In this document: piece after piece, positions 1-13,986 of the stretch | Position numbering within the stretch: the stretch's first letter is position 1 | Layout of the letters: every line of letters starts with the position of its first letter | Origin: Octopus vulgaris | Lineage: Eukaryota | Assembly: GCA_951406725.2 (NCBI GenBank) | Contig: OX597838.1 | Span: 3,906,001-3,970,000 of the forward strand | Direction: 5' to 3' | Length of the DNA: 64,000 nt | Program-made: the position numbers and the translations under genes | The notes under the pieces: model-generated | Databases searched by the model: none | What the model was told of the DNA's origin: nothing | The model's input: only the letters and a program-made list of their open reading frames with translations

Positions 1-403
1 ATACGCACATATACATACCTACGTATGTTCATATATGCCTACATTCTTGCATACATACATATATATATGCCTACATATATACATACATACATACGCACAC
101 ATGCATATACATACATGTCTTCATACATACATACACACACACATTCATATACACACACATGCATATACATACATACATAGATAATACATACATACATACA
201 TACATAGATAATACATACACACACACATACATACATACATACATACATACATACATAGATAATACATACATACATACATACATACATACATACATACATA
301 CATACATACATACATACATACACACATACATACATACATACATACATACATACATACATACATACATACATACATACATACACACACACATACACACACA
401 CAT
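1..403. repeat. (TACA)n/(CA)n microsatellite
   Basis: Tandem tetranucleotide tract; source of the YVCM/HTYI ORFs. Confidence 0.95.
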
Positions 404-729
404 ATGACCATCGAAGACGATGCCTGCTGGAAACGAGAGTTAATATAAAGATGGAAGAAAAAACTACGAAAAGCAACAAAAAGAACGAAGCAATTACGTG
501 GCGGCGGAGGAGGGGGAAGGAAGGGGAGAACGGGTGGGAAGAGGATGAGGCAGAGGGGAGAAGAGGGAGGGGTGAATGCGCGTATGTGTGTGTGTGTGTA
601 TGTGTGTGAGAGAGCGAACGGTTGAATGGTTTAACGAGTGGAAGGATGATTGAGTGATTGCTATGAGTGTGAGTGAAAGGTGTGAGACTGGATGATGGGA
701 TGGTAGGAGAAGAAAAAAGAGGCAAACAG

Positions 730-733
730 ACGA

Positions 734-773
<40 letters not shown>

Positions 774-774
774 A

Positions 775-822
<48 letters not shown>

Positions 823-845
823 ACAATAAGAGCAAGCAAGCAAGC

Positions 846-877
<32 letters not shown>

Positions 878-960
878 AAATGAAAGAATCAAGGAAGAAA
901 TGAAGGAAGGAAGGAAAGAAGGAAGAAGGAAATGAAGGAAGGAAGGAAGGAAGGAAGGTT
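730..960. repeat. (GAAA)n/(GGAA)n purine microsatellite
   Basis: Tandem repeats seen directly. Confidence 0.95.
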
Positions 961-1482
961 AGAAGAGATAATTTGATAAAGAAACAAAGTGTGTAGTCAG
1001 ACACCTCGGCTTAGCGAAGCGTTGGACGTGATCGTCTGCCTTTATTGAATCTTCGCTGTGGAAAGAGAAAGAGAGAGAGAGTAAGAGAGTAAGAGTAAGC
1101 GGACATTTTGTCTTCCACGCCATTGACACACACATACAATTATATAACACACGTAAATACACATGTAAATACACGTATATGCACACATAAGTAATCACAC
1201 ACATACACCTACATACACACATAACTACTGACATACATCTACTTGTACATACGCACGTACATAAACGTAATGTGTGTTTAACAATATCTAAATTTATTAG
1301 TATGCTTCACTAATATGAGTGTGTGTGTGAGTGCGTGTATGCGCATATGTGTATACACACACTCACACATATATACATAAATATAGATACATAGATATAC
1401 GCATATTTAAGCAAATATTTGTACATATGTTTATATAATATATATGTATGCATATATAAATACATACATATATAATTACATG

Positions 1483-1535
<53 letters not shown>

Positions 1536-1639
1536 GCATATGTCTGTGTATACGTTAGAGTGTGAAGCATGAGGTATTATCTGAAGTATATAAATGTTTT
1601 TATTTTAAATTTAAAGCAAAAACAATGAAAGTTATAAGA

Positions 1640-1775
1640 AATAGTTTGTACTTTTACCTTGTATTTCAACATTTCGCGATAGGACCCCTTCTTCATAACA
1701 CAGTTTAACCAAAGATTTCCCGAAGAAGAGGTCCTAACCCCAAAATATTTAAATACAAGATAAAAATACAATCCA
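1640..1775. mobile_element. Degenerate inverted pair of hammerhead-bearing (Penelope pLTR-like) fragments
   Basis: Minus copy tgaaga-a-ggggtcctatcgc-gaaa-tg-t-t-gaaat and plus copy atttc-ccgaaga-a-gaggtcctaaccc-caaa; both continue into a shared aaatacaag..aaaa.tacaa tail pointing outward. Confidence 0.5.
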
Positions 1776-2013
1776 ACGATTTGTATCATTTATTATATAT
1801 TGTGTATTGTTTTGGCTTTGTAAAAAAAATTAACATCTATACATACATACACAAACATACACATACATACATACATACATGCATACATACACATACATAC
1901 ATACATACATACATGCATACATACGTACATACGTACGTACATACATACATACATACATACATACATACATACATACATACATACATACATACATACGTAC
2001 GTACGAACATACA

Positions 2014-3219
2014 TACGAGAGGGTACCCAAAAGAACATGTTTACACTTTAATCACCTTTAAAGTATTCTCCATTTGAAGTAAAGCATCGGTCTAGGCGCG
2101 TTTTCCACTGTTCGAAACAGTCCTGGAAACTCTTCCTTCACCTCTCCCACATCTGCAAAACATTTTCCTTTAAGGAGTTTTTTTCATTCGGGGGAACAAA
2201 AAGAATCCGCAAGATCGGGTGAATGGGGAGTGGGAGTATGCGAGGTCATGCCATTTTTGGTCAAAAACTGTCTCATACTCAAAGCGGTGTACGCCGGTGC
2301 ATCGTCGTCATGAAACCACCCAGGTATTTTCGTCTCACTGCGTCTCGGAACCGCCTCAAAACTGCCAAGTAAAATATCTGGTTAACGGTTCGACCAGGAG
2401 GGACAAATTCCGTGTGGACAATTCCTTTCGTATCGATGGAACAAATTAGTATTGTCTTCACATTTGACTTCATTTGACGCACTTCTTGGAACGTGGTGAC
2501 ATTGAATGCTTCCATCGACTTGATTACTGCTTCGTTTCCGGGTCGTAGCCGTAACACCAGCTTTCGTTACCAGTAATAACCTTGGGAAAAAAGGGTCCGG
2601 ATCAACTTCCAACTGTTCTTTTAGTTCACGACACACATTCAGTCGTGACTGCTTTTGATCTCCCGTGAACAAGCGAGACACAGATTTTGCTGCAACTCTT
2701 TTCATTCGCAATTCCTCGCTCAAAATTCCTTGACAGGAGCTCCAGGACACACCAGTCACAAAACAAGTTCGTCAATCCTCCAAGATCAGTTCATGAATTT
2801 TCGTGAAGTTTTCATTCGTTCGGGAGGTCGACGGATGCCTTGAACGAGGCTGGTCCTCAAGCAATAAATGACCATACCTAAAGCGTGGAAACCACACGTA
2901 AACTTGTGTGTTGCTCATGCCAGCATCCTTGTAAGCTGTCTGAAGCATGACAACTGTTTCGGCCATCGTTTTCCTCAGCAGAAAACGTAATTTCTCGGAA
3001 GTACACTGTTACTTCGTTTCCATCATCGCAAAAATTGACGAACAGAGGAGAAGCACAGCAAAACAAAGACGCACCACGTGACAGTACCTCAGTCGACGAT
3101 GGCGACCGACAGACTGATGCCTGAGGGTCGCATCAAGTGGCTTCTAGCGGTGAAAGGCTCAGATACAACTGGCTTGTCACGTATGAAACGTTTCCGATTA
3201 CTTTTGGGTACCTCCACTA
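2014..3219 (-). mobile_element. Decayed mariner DNA transposon with transposase pseudogene
   Basis: TIR cores ggtacccaaaag (~2022) / cttttgggtacc (~3201). Frameshifted minus-strand peptides WFPRFRYG..EDQPRSRHP (HTH), ITGNESWCYGYDPETK, GIVHTEFVPPGRTVNQIFYLAVLRR and HDDAPAYT match mariner transposase motifs. Confidence 0.93.
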
Positions 3220-4027
3220 CATATGTGTGTCGCTCTCTCTCTCTCCCTCACTCTTCTTCCCTTGCTCACGTGGCTCCCACGTGACCATCGGCCATCCTTC
3301 TTCTACTAACTTGTGTTTCTTTCTTTTCGTTGTAGCTGGATGAAGGAAGACGCGTTCTTGTCTGTCTCCTGTACCAGGTTGATTTACGCGTTCGCCACCA
3401 CGACCTCGTCTAGGCGTAGCAGCCCTTCCTCTTTGTTTTCACTGTCCTGTTTGTGTTACCAATTTTGAATATCCGCAAAATCCCAAATTTTATTTGATTT
3501 GATTTGCGGGAGAAACTGTTTTATCGAAAGCGTATACTGTTGTTACATGCTCGAAATACGAGACTAGGAAAACAACCAGCAACTGATGAAGAGTCGTTCT
3601 TTGTGTTCTTTGACTTGTTTTCCATTTTTGTCTTTCGTTGTCCAAAAGAATAGTTCATATTCCATGTACTCGTACTTCGTATTTTTTTGTTGTACACGTT
3701 CCGTGACGTCCAGTGCCTACATATGCATATATATTTATATATATATACACACGTATAGATGAAAGTATGTACATGTACGTATGTATATATGCATACATAT
3801 TATATATGAGGTTTTTATTCCCATGCTCGCCACCTATGATCAGTATTTTAAATAACGATCTTATCATTATTTATACACACATATACACACGCACTCATAC
3901 ACACACTCATACATACATACATACATACATGCATACATACATACATACATACATACATACATACATGCATACATACATATACATACATACATACCTACAT
4001 ACACACAGACACACATACCTACATACA

Positions 4028-4063
<36 letters not shown>

Positions 4064-4448
4064 TATATTACATACATACACACATACATACACACATACA
4101 TACATACATACATATACTTATTTCCCTTATACATAGATATTATTGATTAAAACTGATGGCTTTAATCAGTGGCAAGGAGCGCCCCCTGTTGGTGCTTTCG
4201 AGCCATTAAAAATAATCGGTCCGTATAAACGAAACCACTCCCGGCAGCAATCACAGTTTCATCAATGTGTGTGTGTGTATGTGTGTCTGTATGTGTGTGT
4301 GTGTATGTATGTGTTTGCACTTGTGTGTGTGTGCGCGTGTGTGAACTTATCAGACTCCATGACGTAATAAACTCGTATTGATCTCTTTGAACGAATTTGC
4401 GGTTGATCTCTTTGAGCGAACTCTCATGCATACATAAATGCGTATGTG

Positions 4449-4776
4449 AAGGCGTGTGGTGTAGTAGTTAGCGTATTAGGTTCACGATTGTGAGGTCGTG
4501 AGCTTGATTCCCAGCGGTGTGTTGCTTCCTTGGGCCAGATATATATATTTTTTCCACGTTGCTCCTGTCCACTCTTCAGGCAAAAAAAAATGTGTAAGTA
4601 CCTGTAATTCAAAGGGGCCAGCCTTGTCATATTCTGTGTCACGCTAAATCGCCCTAGGATTTATTTAGGGGACATGTGTCTGTGGAATATTCAGTCACGT
4701 GCACGTTAATTTCACGAGCAGGCTGTTCCGTTGCTCGGATCAACTGGAACACTCGTCATCGTAACCGACGGAGTCT
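4449..4776 (+). mobile_element. tRNA-derived SINE, family 4 (CORE-like centre)
   Basis: A/B-box-like head then ccacgttgctcctgtccactc; related to 47320-47440 and 53640-53853. Confidence 0.7.
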
Positions 4777-4844
4777 AGCTCCCCCCACATCATACACACA
4801 TACATACATACATACATACATACATACATACATACATACACACA

Positions 4845-4910
<66 letters not shown>

Positions 4911-5150
4911 GGCGCAGGTGTAGCTGTGTGGTAAGTAGCTTGCTTACCAACCACATGGATCCGGGTTCAGTACCACTACGTGGCACTTTGGGCAAGTGTC
5001 TTCTACTATAGATAGCCCCGGGCCGACCAAAGTCTTGTGAGTGGATTTGGCAGACGGAAACTGAAAGAAGCCCGTGTGAGTGTGTGTGTATTTGTGTGTC
5101 TGTTTTTGTCCCCCCACCCCCACCATCTCTTGACAACCAATGTTGGTGTG
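4911..5150 (+). mobile_element. SINE family 1, 5' part
   Basis: gctgtgtggtaag...ccgggttcagt...gggcaagtgtcttctactata...gacggaaactgaaagaagcccg, present in more than 15 copies in the window. Confidence 0.9.
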
Positions 5151-5304
5151 TATTACAAAGCATGTATAGATATATAATTTTGCATTTTAGATACTTTGGA
5201 TGGGAAATCAATCATCAGGGTGTACAAAGGACAATGAAGATTACATTAGGATCCGTTTGGAATATATATATATATATATATATAGATATATGTGGGGGGG
5301 GGGG

Positions 5305-5587
5305 AATGGCCCAATGGTTAGGGCAGCGGACTCGCGGTCTCGATTCCCAGACCGGGCGTTGTGAGTGTTTATTGAGCGAAAACACTTAAAAGCTCCACGA
5401 GGCTCCGGCAGGGGATGGTGGTCCCTGCTGTACTCTTTCACCACTCTTTCTCCCACTCTTTCTTCTGTTGGTCTGCTCGCTTAGCCAGCGGGGTGGCGTC
5501 ATTCAAAGGCTAAAACAATGCGAACGCATTGTGACCAGCGATGTGTAACAACATCTGATGGTCTGGTCGGTCACGTGATCACATGAT
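5305..5587 (+). mobile_element. SINE family 3
   Basis: aatggcccaatggttagggcagcggactcgcgg...cgattcccagaccgggcg head shared with 59259 and 60128. Confidence 0.85.
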
Positions 5588-7365
5588 ATATATATATATA
5601 TATGATGCAAACGATTTCCAGTTAACCTAGACGAAACCACTTTTAGTGAAAGCGTTCGAAGGATTCTGTTTGTTAGTTGTAAACAGTCCATGTTTTTTTT
5701 TCTATTATAATGAAGGGAGGAGGGCTCAAAAACATGATAAACCAAAACTTTTGTGCTGAATCTAATATGTCTTAGGACATACGATTCCTAAAGAGAACTA
5801 AAAGACTTTGCTGCTTCTTAAAACCATGCTGTCGAGGTGTTGTGAGTTAACCATGCTGTCGAGGTGTTTAAATGAATCGAAAACAGCTAAGCTTTCAGAG
5901 GTACATTTTAGAGGGAACAGCTATCTCATCGATTAGCCCTATGCTGGTTTTCAATCAGCTGAAGTAGACTGGCCGTTTAAACATATACTGAGTTCGCCCA
6001 AAAAATCTATACACATTTCAGGAATGAAACAAATCTCTATAAATATTTATTGCAATATATTCAGTGTTGTCACAATTTGATAAAACATCGAACGAGGTAT
6101 TTATATTAATAGAGGAACGCGTATAAGTTAAATATTTATGCAGAATTTCCTTTCTTGAGGTATGTCTAAATTTTTTGGTGGACTCTGTGTAGATATGCTT
6201 GCAAAGATGTCCGCTGAGATCTACGCAAGGTCGGACACATCGATTGCAGTTGGGGTAAGTTTAATTTTTTTTTTTTAACCTTTAATTTCTTTATATTGAC
6301 GACGTAAAATTGAAAAAGACGTAACTCAATACGACGTAAGTCGAGGCATGCTTGTATAAGGTAATAAGTTTTGGGATAAAGAGGGGCGGCTAGGTCGACA
6401 GCTGACGCACCTTTGCTTATATATTCATTGATCTGCAGGGCTGATATGGTCCTAAGCCACAACGACAACAACAACAACGGGACGAGTGTATTTCTTCCTA
6501 GATACTTGACCTTCTAATGTTGAGGCTAATATCGCCATTAAATCACATAATAGATTTAGAAAATAGACATCAATAAAAATCCGAAGAACGTATTGGATAA
6601 TGCAGCCATAATGCGGTCCTAGATACGTTGTGATGGTCATGACTGGAACGTATTTGAAGGGAGGTATCAAATAAGATTAATAACTGCCACACGCACACAC
6701 ACACACACACACACACACGCAAACACACGCACACACACACGCACATACGCACATACATACACACCGATACACACATACCAATACACACACACACACAAAC
6801 ACAATGCACACGTACATTTGCACACAAGCACACACACACACATAGACACAAACACATACACACAAACACATACACACCGATGCACACACACACATACACA
6901 ATACACACGTACATTTGCACACACACACACACATACATACAGTCAAACACAAACAAACTCACACAAACAAACACACATACCAAACATGGCGACGTAGCTG
7001 TTACAGCATTTTCTACCAACGTCGTTTAAAAAGCAAAGATAACGTGGTAGGGGGGGGAGGAAGAGGGGGAGGAGAAACCACACAACGATATTGACTTTCT
7101 TCTCCTCTCCCTCCCCCTCGCTCACTTTCTCTCTGTCTCCCTATACTACCCTCACGCTCTCTCTCTCTACCGCTCTCTTACTGGGTTTGTACACACACAC
7201 ACACAAACGGACTCTTTAAGAAGCATAAATGTCTCAAGAGAAGCGATCGTCTGCTGTAAATGTATGTGTGGGGGAGGGGATGTATAGATAGATATGTATT
7301 ATACGTAAGGCGGTGCTCCAGCATGGCCACAGTCAAACGACCGAAACGAGTAAAAAGAATAAAAG

Positions 7366-7502
<137 letters not shown>

Positions 7503-7644
7503 TTCACACATATATATTTATATCTATATGTATATGTATATATGTACATATATCTGTGTGTGTGCCTGTGTGCCTGTGTGTGTGCGTGTGTGTGCGTGTG
7601 TGTGTGCGTATGTGTGTGTATATATGTATATATATATATATATG

Positions 7645-7683
<39 letters not shown>

Positions 7684-7689
<6 letters not shown>

Positions 7690-7791
7690 TATATAGAAGG
7701 AGCTTCTACAGGACTAGAACTGTTTCATTCAAGAGAAATCTTCACTTGAATGAAACAGTTCTATCCTGTAAACTCCTTCTATATAATAAAT
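7684..7791. mobile_element. Inverted pair of truncated hammerhead-like element ends (~48 bp arms)
   Basis: 7684-7733 is near reverse-complement of 7745-7791; minus strand reads tgaaga-tttctcttgaat-gaaa-c..g-t-c; follows a (TA)n tract. Confidence 0.55.
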
Positions 7792-7857
7792 TAATTTTAC
7801 TCTGCTATGTATTGAGTACCTTATTTACTGTGGTTAACCCCGATTCAACCCGGGACC

Positions 7858-7903
<46 letters not shown>

Positions 7904-8529
7904 CATACATACATACATACATATATATACATATATATACATACATAAATGTGTGTATGTATGTATGTATGTATGTATGTGTGTGTGGAATTGTGACAAA
8001 GCCGGTTGTTCAGTTTAATATAGGCCAAACCATCGATTTTCCGGCTCCTTTGGTTCCAGAGCCATTCCATATCACGGATTTTTCCACACCACCTTAATCA
8101 ACATTCTACAAATTAATCAAACACCAAATTCACAAAAATATCTAAATCAAGAACTGCTATCTGCACATTAATATAAATGCTACAAGTTTATTAATACTGT
8201 GCAGTGCAACATAGCAGTAAACTAGTCTGGCGGCCATAGGAATTTGAAGTTCCTTCTCGGAAATCGGTGTGAAACATAAGAGCTTCCGGCCATCAGTATC
8301 CGGAAAATCGGAGTTGTCGTAATCATTCCAGTTGAGTTGATGCTTCTGTCGTGGTGTATTGATAGTGCTACAGGCTGTAAGCCTCTTATGTTGAAGAGGA
8401 TGGTAGCTTGGCTTCCGTACTGAAGATCTTATCTGTGGACTGATGTGGCGAAGAAAAGCATTGTCGAGTCTCGTTATTTTCTACTCTAGGCATAAGGCCA
8501 GCTCGTCCCCATAATTGTCGACTCTTATT

Positions 8530-9328
8530 CTTTTCTACTCTAGGCACAAGACCCGAAATTTTGGGGGTGGGGTCCAGTCGATTAGATCGATCCAGGTACG
8601 CAACTGGTACTTAATTTAATCGACCCCGAAAGGATGAAAGGCAAAGTCGACCTCGGCGGAATTTGAACTCAGAACGTTAAGACAGACGAAATACCTATTT
8701 CTTTACAACCCACAAGGGGCCAAACACAGAGGGGACAAACAAGGACAGACAAACGGATTAAGTCGATTACATCGACCCCAGTGCGTAACTGGTACTTAAT
8801 TTATCGACCCCGAAGGGATGAAAGGCAAAGTCGACCTCGGCGGAATTTGAACTCAGAACGTTAAGACAGACGAAATACCGCTAAGCATTTCGCGTGGCGT
8901 GATAACGTTTCTTATTTCTTTATTGCCCACAAGGGGCTAAACATAGAGGGGACAAACAATGACAGACAAATGGATTAAGTCGATTACATCGACCTCAGTG
9001 CGTAACTGGTACTTAATTTATCGATCCCGAAAGGATGAAGTGCAAAGTCGACCTCGGTGGAATTTGAACTCAGAACGTAGCGACAGGCGAAATACCTATT
9101 TCTTTACTACCCACAAGGGGCTAGACACAGAGGGGACAAACAAGGACAGAAAAACGGATTAAGTCGATTTTATCGACCCCAGTGCGTAACTGGTACTTAT
9201 TTAATCGACCCCGAAAGGATGAAAGGCAAAGTCGACCTCTGCAGAATTTGAACTCAGAACGTAACGGCAGACGAAATATGGCTACGCATTTCGCCCGGCG
9301 TGCTAACGATTCCGCCAGCTCGCCGCCT
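8530..9328 (-). mobile_element. Tandem array of four SINE family 2 cores
   Basis: tcgaccccgaaaggatgaaaggcaaagtcgacctcggcggaatttgaactcagaacg recurs at ~8620, 8804, 9020 and 9205, separated by a cccacaagggg...gaggggacaaacaa linker. Confidence 0.9.
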
Positions 9329-9358
9329 TAACTGTTTAGTCTTATGAAAGGAATGAAG

Positions 9359-9622
9359 CAGTGATTCTCGACCATTTTTGGCCCCTATTGACCACCTTTC
9401 ATTCCTATTTATCTCTACTGGACCTCTATAGCTATTTGATGTATATATATTAAAAGATCCTGCTGTATTTTTAAAATTAATTATTATTAGGAATTTTATA
9501 GAAAAAAAAGTTAAAATACTTTGTGTATTGCCGAAGTTTAACGAATTTATTGCAGATAAATTTGAACAAGAAAATTTTATGTAGGCCCCAAGAACCATAT
9601 GGACCCCGGTCAAGAACCACTG
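9359..9622. mobile_element. hAT-type MITE
   Basis: TIRs cagtgattctcgacc / ggtcaagaaccactg; TSD not clearly conserved. Confidence 0.7.
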
Positions 9623-9715
9623 GTCTAAAGGAATGTTTTCATTCTCGTGAATGCGGGAACTCTGCGGTGAACTCTGTCCGTACTTATGTTATGGAGTTAA
9701 ACCTATGGTTTAGTG

Positions 9716-10274
9716 CTGTGGTTCTCAGCGGGGGCCCATATATGATTTTTGAGGGTCCACGCAACAAAATAGTAAATTAGGGATCCACAATAATGTTTTA
9801 AGGGCCCCTGAAAAAATTTTGCATTAGATGTATGTATTGGTGTGTATAGAAAGAAACAGCTGGGTTTCATTTTCTAACATTTTACGAAGTTCCACCTACA
9901 CAAGTCAATGGGTGGAAAACAAAATAGGGAATTTTAAAGAAGTATCGATAAGACTAGTTTGCAAACATCGGATAGATATGGGGGTCCACCAGAATAAAGT
10001 AGTAATCAAAGGGGTCCATAGATGAGAAATGGTTGAGAACCCCTACTTTAGATGCATGTATTGGTATGTATTGCACGAAACAGCTGGGTTTCTTTCTCTA
10101 ACATCTGACATTGTTCAACCTGCAGAAGTTAATTTGTGGAAAACAAAATAGGAATTTGGAAAGAAGTTTCTATGAAACTAGTTTTTAAGCATCGACTGGC
10201 TATGAGGGTCCACCAGAATAAAATAGTAATCAAAGGGGTCCATAGATAAAAAAAAAAATGGTTGAAATCCCCAT
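9716..10274. mobile_element. hAT-type MITE with duplicated 3' end
   Basis: 8-bp TSD GTTTAGTG at 9708-9715 and 10275-10282; TIR ctgtggttctca / ttgagaacccct; ~230 bp 3' segment repeated in tandem. Confidence 0.8.
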
Positions 10275-10636
10275 GTTTAGTGAGACAGAGGCCGAAAAGA
10301 TCAAATACGGGAGCTTTAAATCACATAATTCATAGAACCGTATAACACAGACCTTCTGTCACCAATGTAGATGGAATATGAGAAATAGGGACAAATGAAA
10401 ACGAGCCGATATCCTCTCAAAACGAATCGGAAGTTTCGCGAAATATAGCTCACGAGATTCTCCATTACATTACTCAATCTTTAGCAAAGTGGTCGGGAAA
10501 CAACGGCTCGAAATGACAACACAGGTGATGCAGCGCAAGGTCAGAAGATGCACTTTAGTCCCCAGGAGAGAGGAAAAATGAACTGTTATGGATGGATTAC
10601 TATTGTTAATGGTTCATCCCTGTTATATAATACTTT

Positions 10637-10909
10637 CACTTTAATAGTTTCAGTTTTAAAGTAAAAGTGTCTGCATTACAAAAGAGAGATGTTTTTGTTT
10701 CACTTTTAACACGTAATATTGAAATAGCGGAGAAGATATGATATTGCTGTGGGGTCGCCCTAGGGAAAAAGTTAAGATTTTTTTGCCGATGACACTCCCC
10801 GGACCTTGAGAAAGGCATGTGTAAAATTTGAATGAAATTGGTTGTGTAGTTCTCAAGTTTTAGGGAAACACACAGACAGACACACATTCTCAGTTTTATA
10901 TATAGAGAG
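10637..10909 (-). mobile_element. Helitron-type element 5' portion (inverted copy)
   Basis: Reverse complement of ~10924-11195. Confidence 0.75.
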
Positions 10910-10922
10910 CTATACACATATA

Positions 10923-11972
10923 TCTCTCTATATATAAAACTGAGAATATGTGTCTGTCTGTCTGTCTGTCTGTCTGTGTGTTTCCCTAAAACTTGAGAAC
11001 TACACAACCAATTTCATTCAAATTTTACACATGCCTTACTTAGGGTCCATGTAGTTTCATGGGCAAAAAAATGTTCAACTTCTTGCCTAGAGCGAGCCCA
11101 TAGCAATATCATATCTTCTCCACTATTTCAGTATTACGTGTTAAAAGTGAAACAAAAACATTTCTCTATTTTATGTCAGATATTTTCACTTTAACAATAC
11201 AAATAATAATAACAATTGAATTATATGTAGTAAGTAATAATTAAAATCAAACTAAAGTATAATATAATCGTGACATAACAAAATTAAAAATAGCGATTGG
11301 TATAAAATTGCATCAATGACTTGAACTTGAATAAGTGGTTTCACATGAATGGGAATAAATTGAAAATAAAATTAGTGTGCAGAAATGGAATAGTCCAGAT
11401 GGATAATAAAATATTAAATTAAAGTAAAGACTATTGTCTATAAAGTATACAATGTAGAGAAAAAAAGATTTGAACACCTGAAGGAAAGCACCTTCGAAAA
11501 GTGTCTTGGTGCGACTATGAAAGATATCTAACCAGAGGCGGTAAATTCGCCACAATAGAAGCAAGGTACGAGTCAACGGAGCGTGCAAGGGAGTACTCGA
11601 CTCGAACTTGCAAACTGGAAATATTTTATTTTTACCTTTATATCTGGGACGTAGGACGTCCCGGAAAAAATTTTTAAATGAACCCACCCCCACCCCCAGA
11701 AGTAGAGGTAGGCTGGATTGTAGCCACACTTCTATACAAGAGGGAGGACAAGATACAAATGATAGAAATTACAAGAGACGGGCTAACAATTCCAGTCTGT
11801 TATATATTTTGAGTATTGTTATCACTAGCGATATCAAGATATAACTTTGTATTTTGTATTTTATGTGTAGATATATATATATATATAGATGTACATGTAA
11901 TATGTACACTTATATATACACATATATACATGCACTAACACTATGACCCGGCAACGACGGGTCATAATGCTA
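10923..11972 (+). mobile_element. Non-autonomous Helitron
   Basis: 5' TC start, (GTCT)n near 5' end, 3' hairpin tgacccg-gcaacga-cgggtca followed by CTAG|T. Confidence 0.75.
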
Positions 11973-12012
11973 GTATATATATAAATATATATGTGTATAT
12001 GTATAATATAAT

Positions 12013-12065
<53 letters not shown>

Positions 12066-12194
12066 ACAGTAGGAGACACCTACTCAGGGCGTCACGTAGT
12101 GAGATTGAACACTGAATCATGAGGCTGAAGTAGCAAGCTTCTTACCACACAGCCATGCCTGCGGCGGCTGAGCCACAGCCTGACAGCGCTTCCG

Positions 12195-12226
<32 letters not shown>

Positions 12227-12494
12227 GATATTATTACTATCATGCAATTACCTATACAAATACAAATACACTTTATTAATAATCAGAAGCATTTGTTCGC
12301 GATTCACTAACACACATAAATACGCTAACAAGCGCACACACGTACACGAACAGACATTCATATATGCATAAATGCGTACGTACTTGTATTTTCACACACA
12401 CACGCATTTACATATACATTCACATACACATACATACATACATACATACTGACAGACAGACAGACAGATAGAGAGAGAGAGAGAGAGATAGAGT

Positions 12495-12564
<70 letters not shown>

Positions 12565-12569
12565 TACGC

Positions 12570-12870
12570 ATTGTAAGCCTAGTAATTATTCTATCGGTCT
12601 CTTTTGGCGAACCGCTAAGTTACGGGGACTTAAACACACCAGCATCGGTTGTCAAGCGATGTTGGAGGGACAAACACACAAACACATACACACACATATA
12701 TACATACATATATACGAGGGGTTTCTCTCAGTTTCCGTCTACCAAATCCGCTCACAAGGCTTTGGTCGGCCCGCGGCTGTAGTAGAAGACACCTGCCTAA
12801 GTTGCCACGCAGTGGGACTGAACCTGGAACCATGTGGTTGGTAAGCAAGCTACTTACCACACAGCCACAC
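12570..12870 (-). mobile_element. SINE family 1
   Basis: Reverse complement of family 1 consensus. Confidence 0.9.
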
Positions 12871-13710
12871 ACATGCTTTCCTAACGCATGTTTGAAAAGA
12901 AACTGAAAAGCCAGGCATTAGCAAAATAAACAAGGAAAATGCGAGCGTGCGTGTGTGCGTGCTCGTGTGTACGTGTGTGAGTGCATGCGCGCGTGCGTGT
13001 ATGTATGTGTAATTGCGTGAGTGCGTGTATGTGTAATTGCGTGAGTGCGTGTGTGCGTGCGTGTGTGCGATCGCGCGCGCGTTGTGCGTGCGTGTGTGTC
13101 GTATGAGCTCTGTATGTGCATAAGAGTGCGTTTCTGTGTTGTTTATATGTGTGTACATGTAAGTTCCGTGTGCGTAAGTGCGCGCGCGCGTACCGGAGTA
13201 TGTGGTTGTGTATGTGTGTGCTATGTTGTGTGTGAGTGTGCTTTAGTGTGTGTGTGTGTGTGTGCGTGCGTGTTGTGTATGAAAATATGAGTTTGTACGT
13301 GTGTGAATGTATGTGTGTTTGCATGTGTGTATCTGTACATATGAGCTCTTGTGTGTGTGCAAGTGTGTGTGTGCATGCGTATTTTTTATTTATATAAGAC
13401 AAATTGAGTCAAGTGTGTGCCTGTATATGTGGTGCGTGTGTGTCTGTGAGTGCGCGCGTGCGTTTGTTTGTGTGTGCGTGTGTCTGTGTGTGTGTGTGTG
13501 TGCGTGTGTGTGTGTGTGTGTTTGTGTGTGTGTATGTGTTTATATATAAGTCTGTATGTGTTTATGTATGCTTAAAATTGTATCGTGGTGTGTTTGTTTA
13601 CGTTTATTGTACGAGTATGAGTGAATGCGTGTGTGCGTGTTTACGCATGTGCGTGCGTGCGTCTGTCCGCGCACGCCTCAGAGTGTATGTACGCGGATGT
13701 GTATATATAC

Positions 13711-13784
<74 letters not shown>

Positions 13785-13811
13785 GTATGTGCATATCTAT
13801 CTCTATATAAA

Positions 13812-13842
<31 letters not shown>

Positions 13843-13949
13843 AAATATATATATACACATGTATGTGTGTTTGTATGCTTCTATATGTTTCTCGCTTGTG
13901 CTGTGTGTGTATGTGTGCGCGTGTGTCCGTGCACGCCCCTGTGTATATG

Positions 13950-13986
<37 letters not shown>

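Noticed and set aside
3565-3625. CTGATGA followed by a gagtc/gactt stem
   Set aside because: No GAAA, stem III or NUH after stem II; not a complete hammerhead
4911-4985. tRNA-like sequences at SINE heads
   Set aside because: A/B boxes only, no complete cloverleaf, and always attached to SINE bodies
8530-9328. Repeat-spacer pattern resembling CRISPR
   Set aside because: Units exceed 100 bp, spacers are themselves repeats, eukaryotic context, no cas genes
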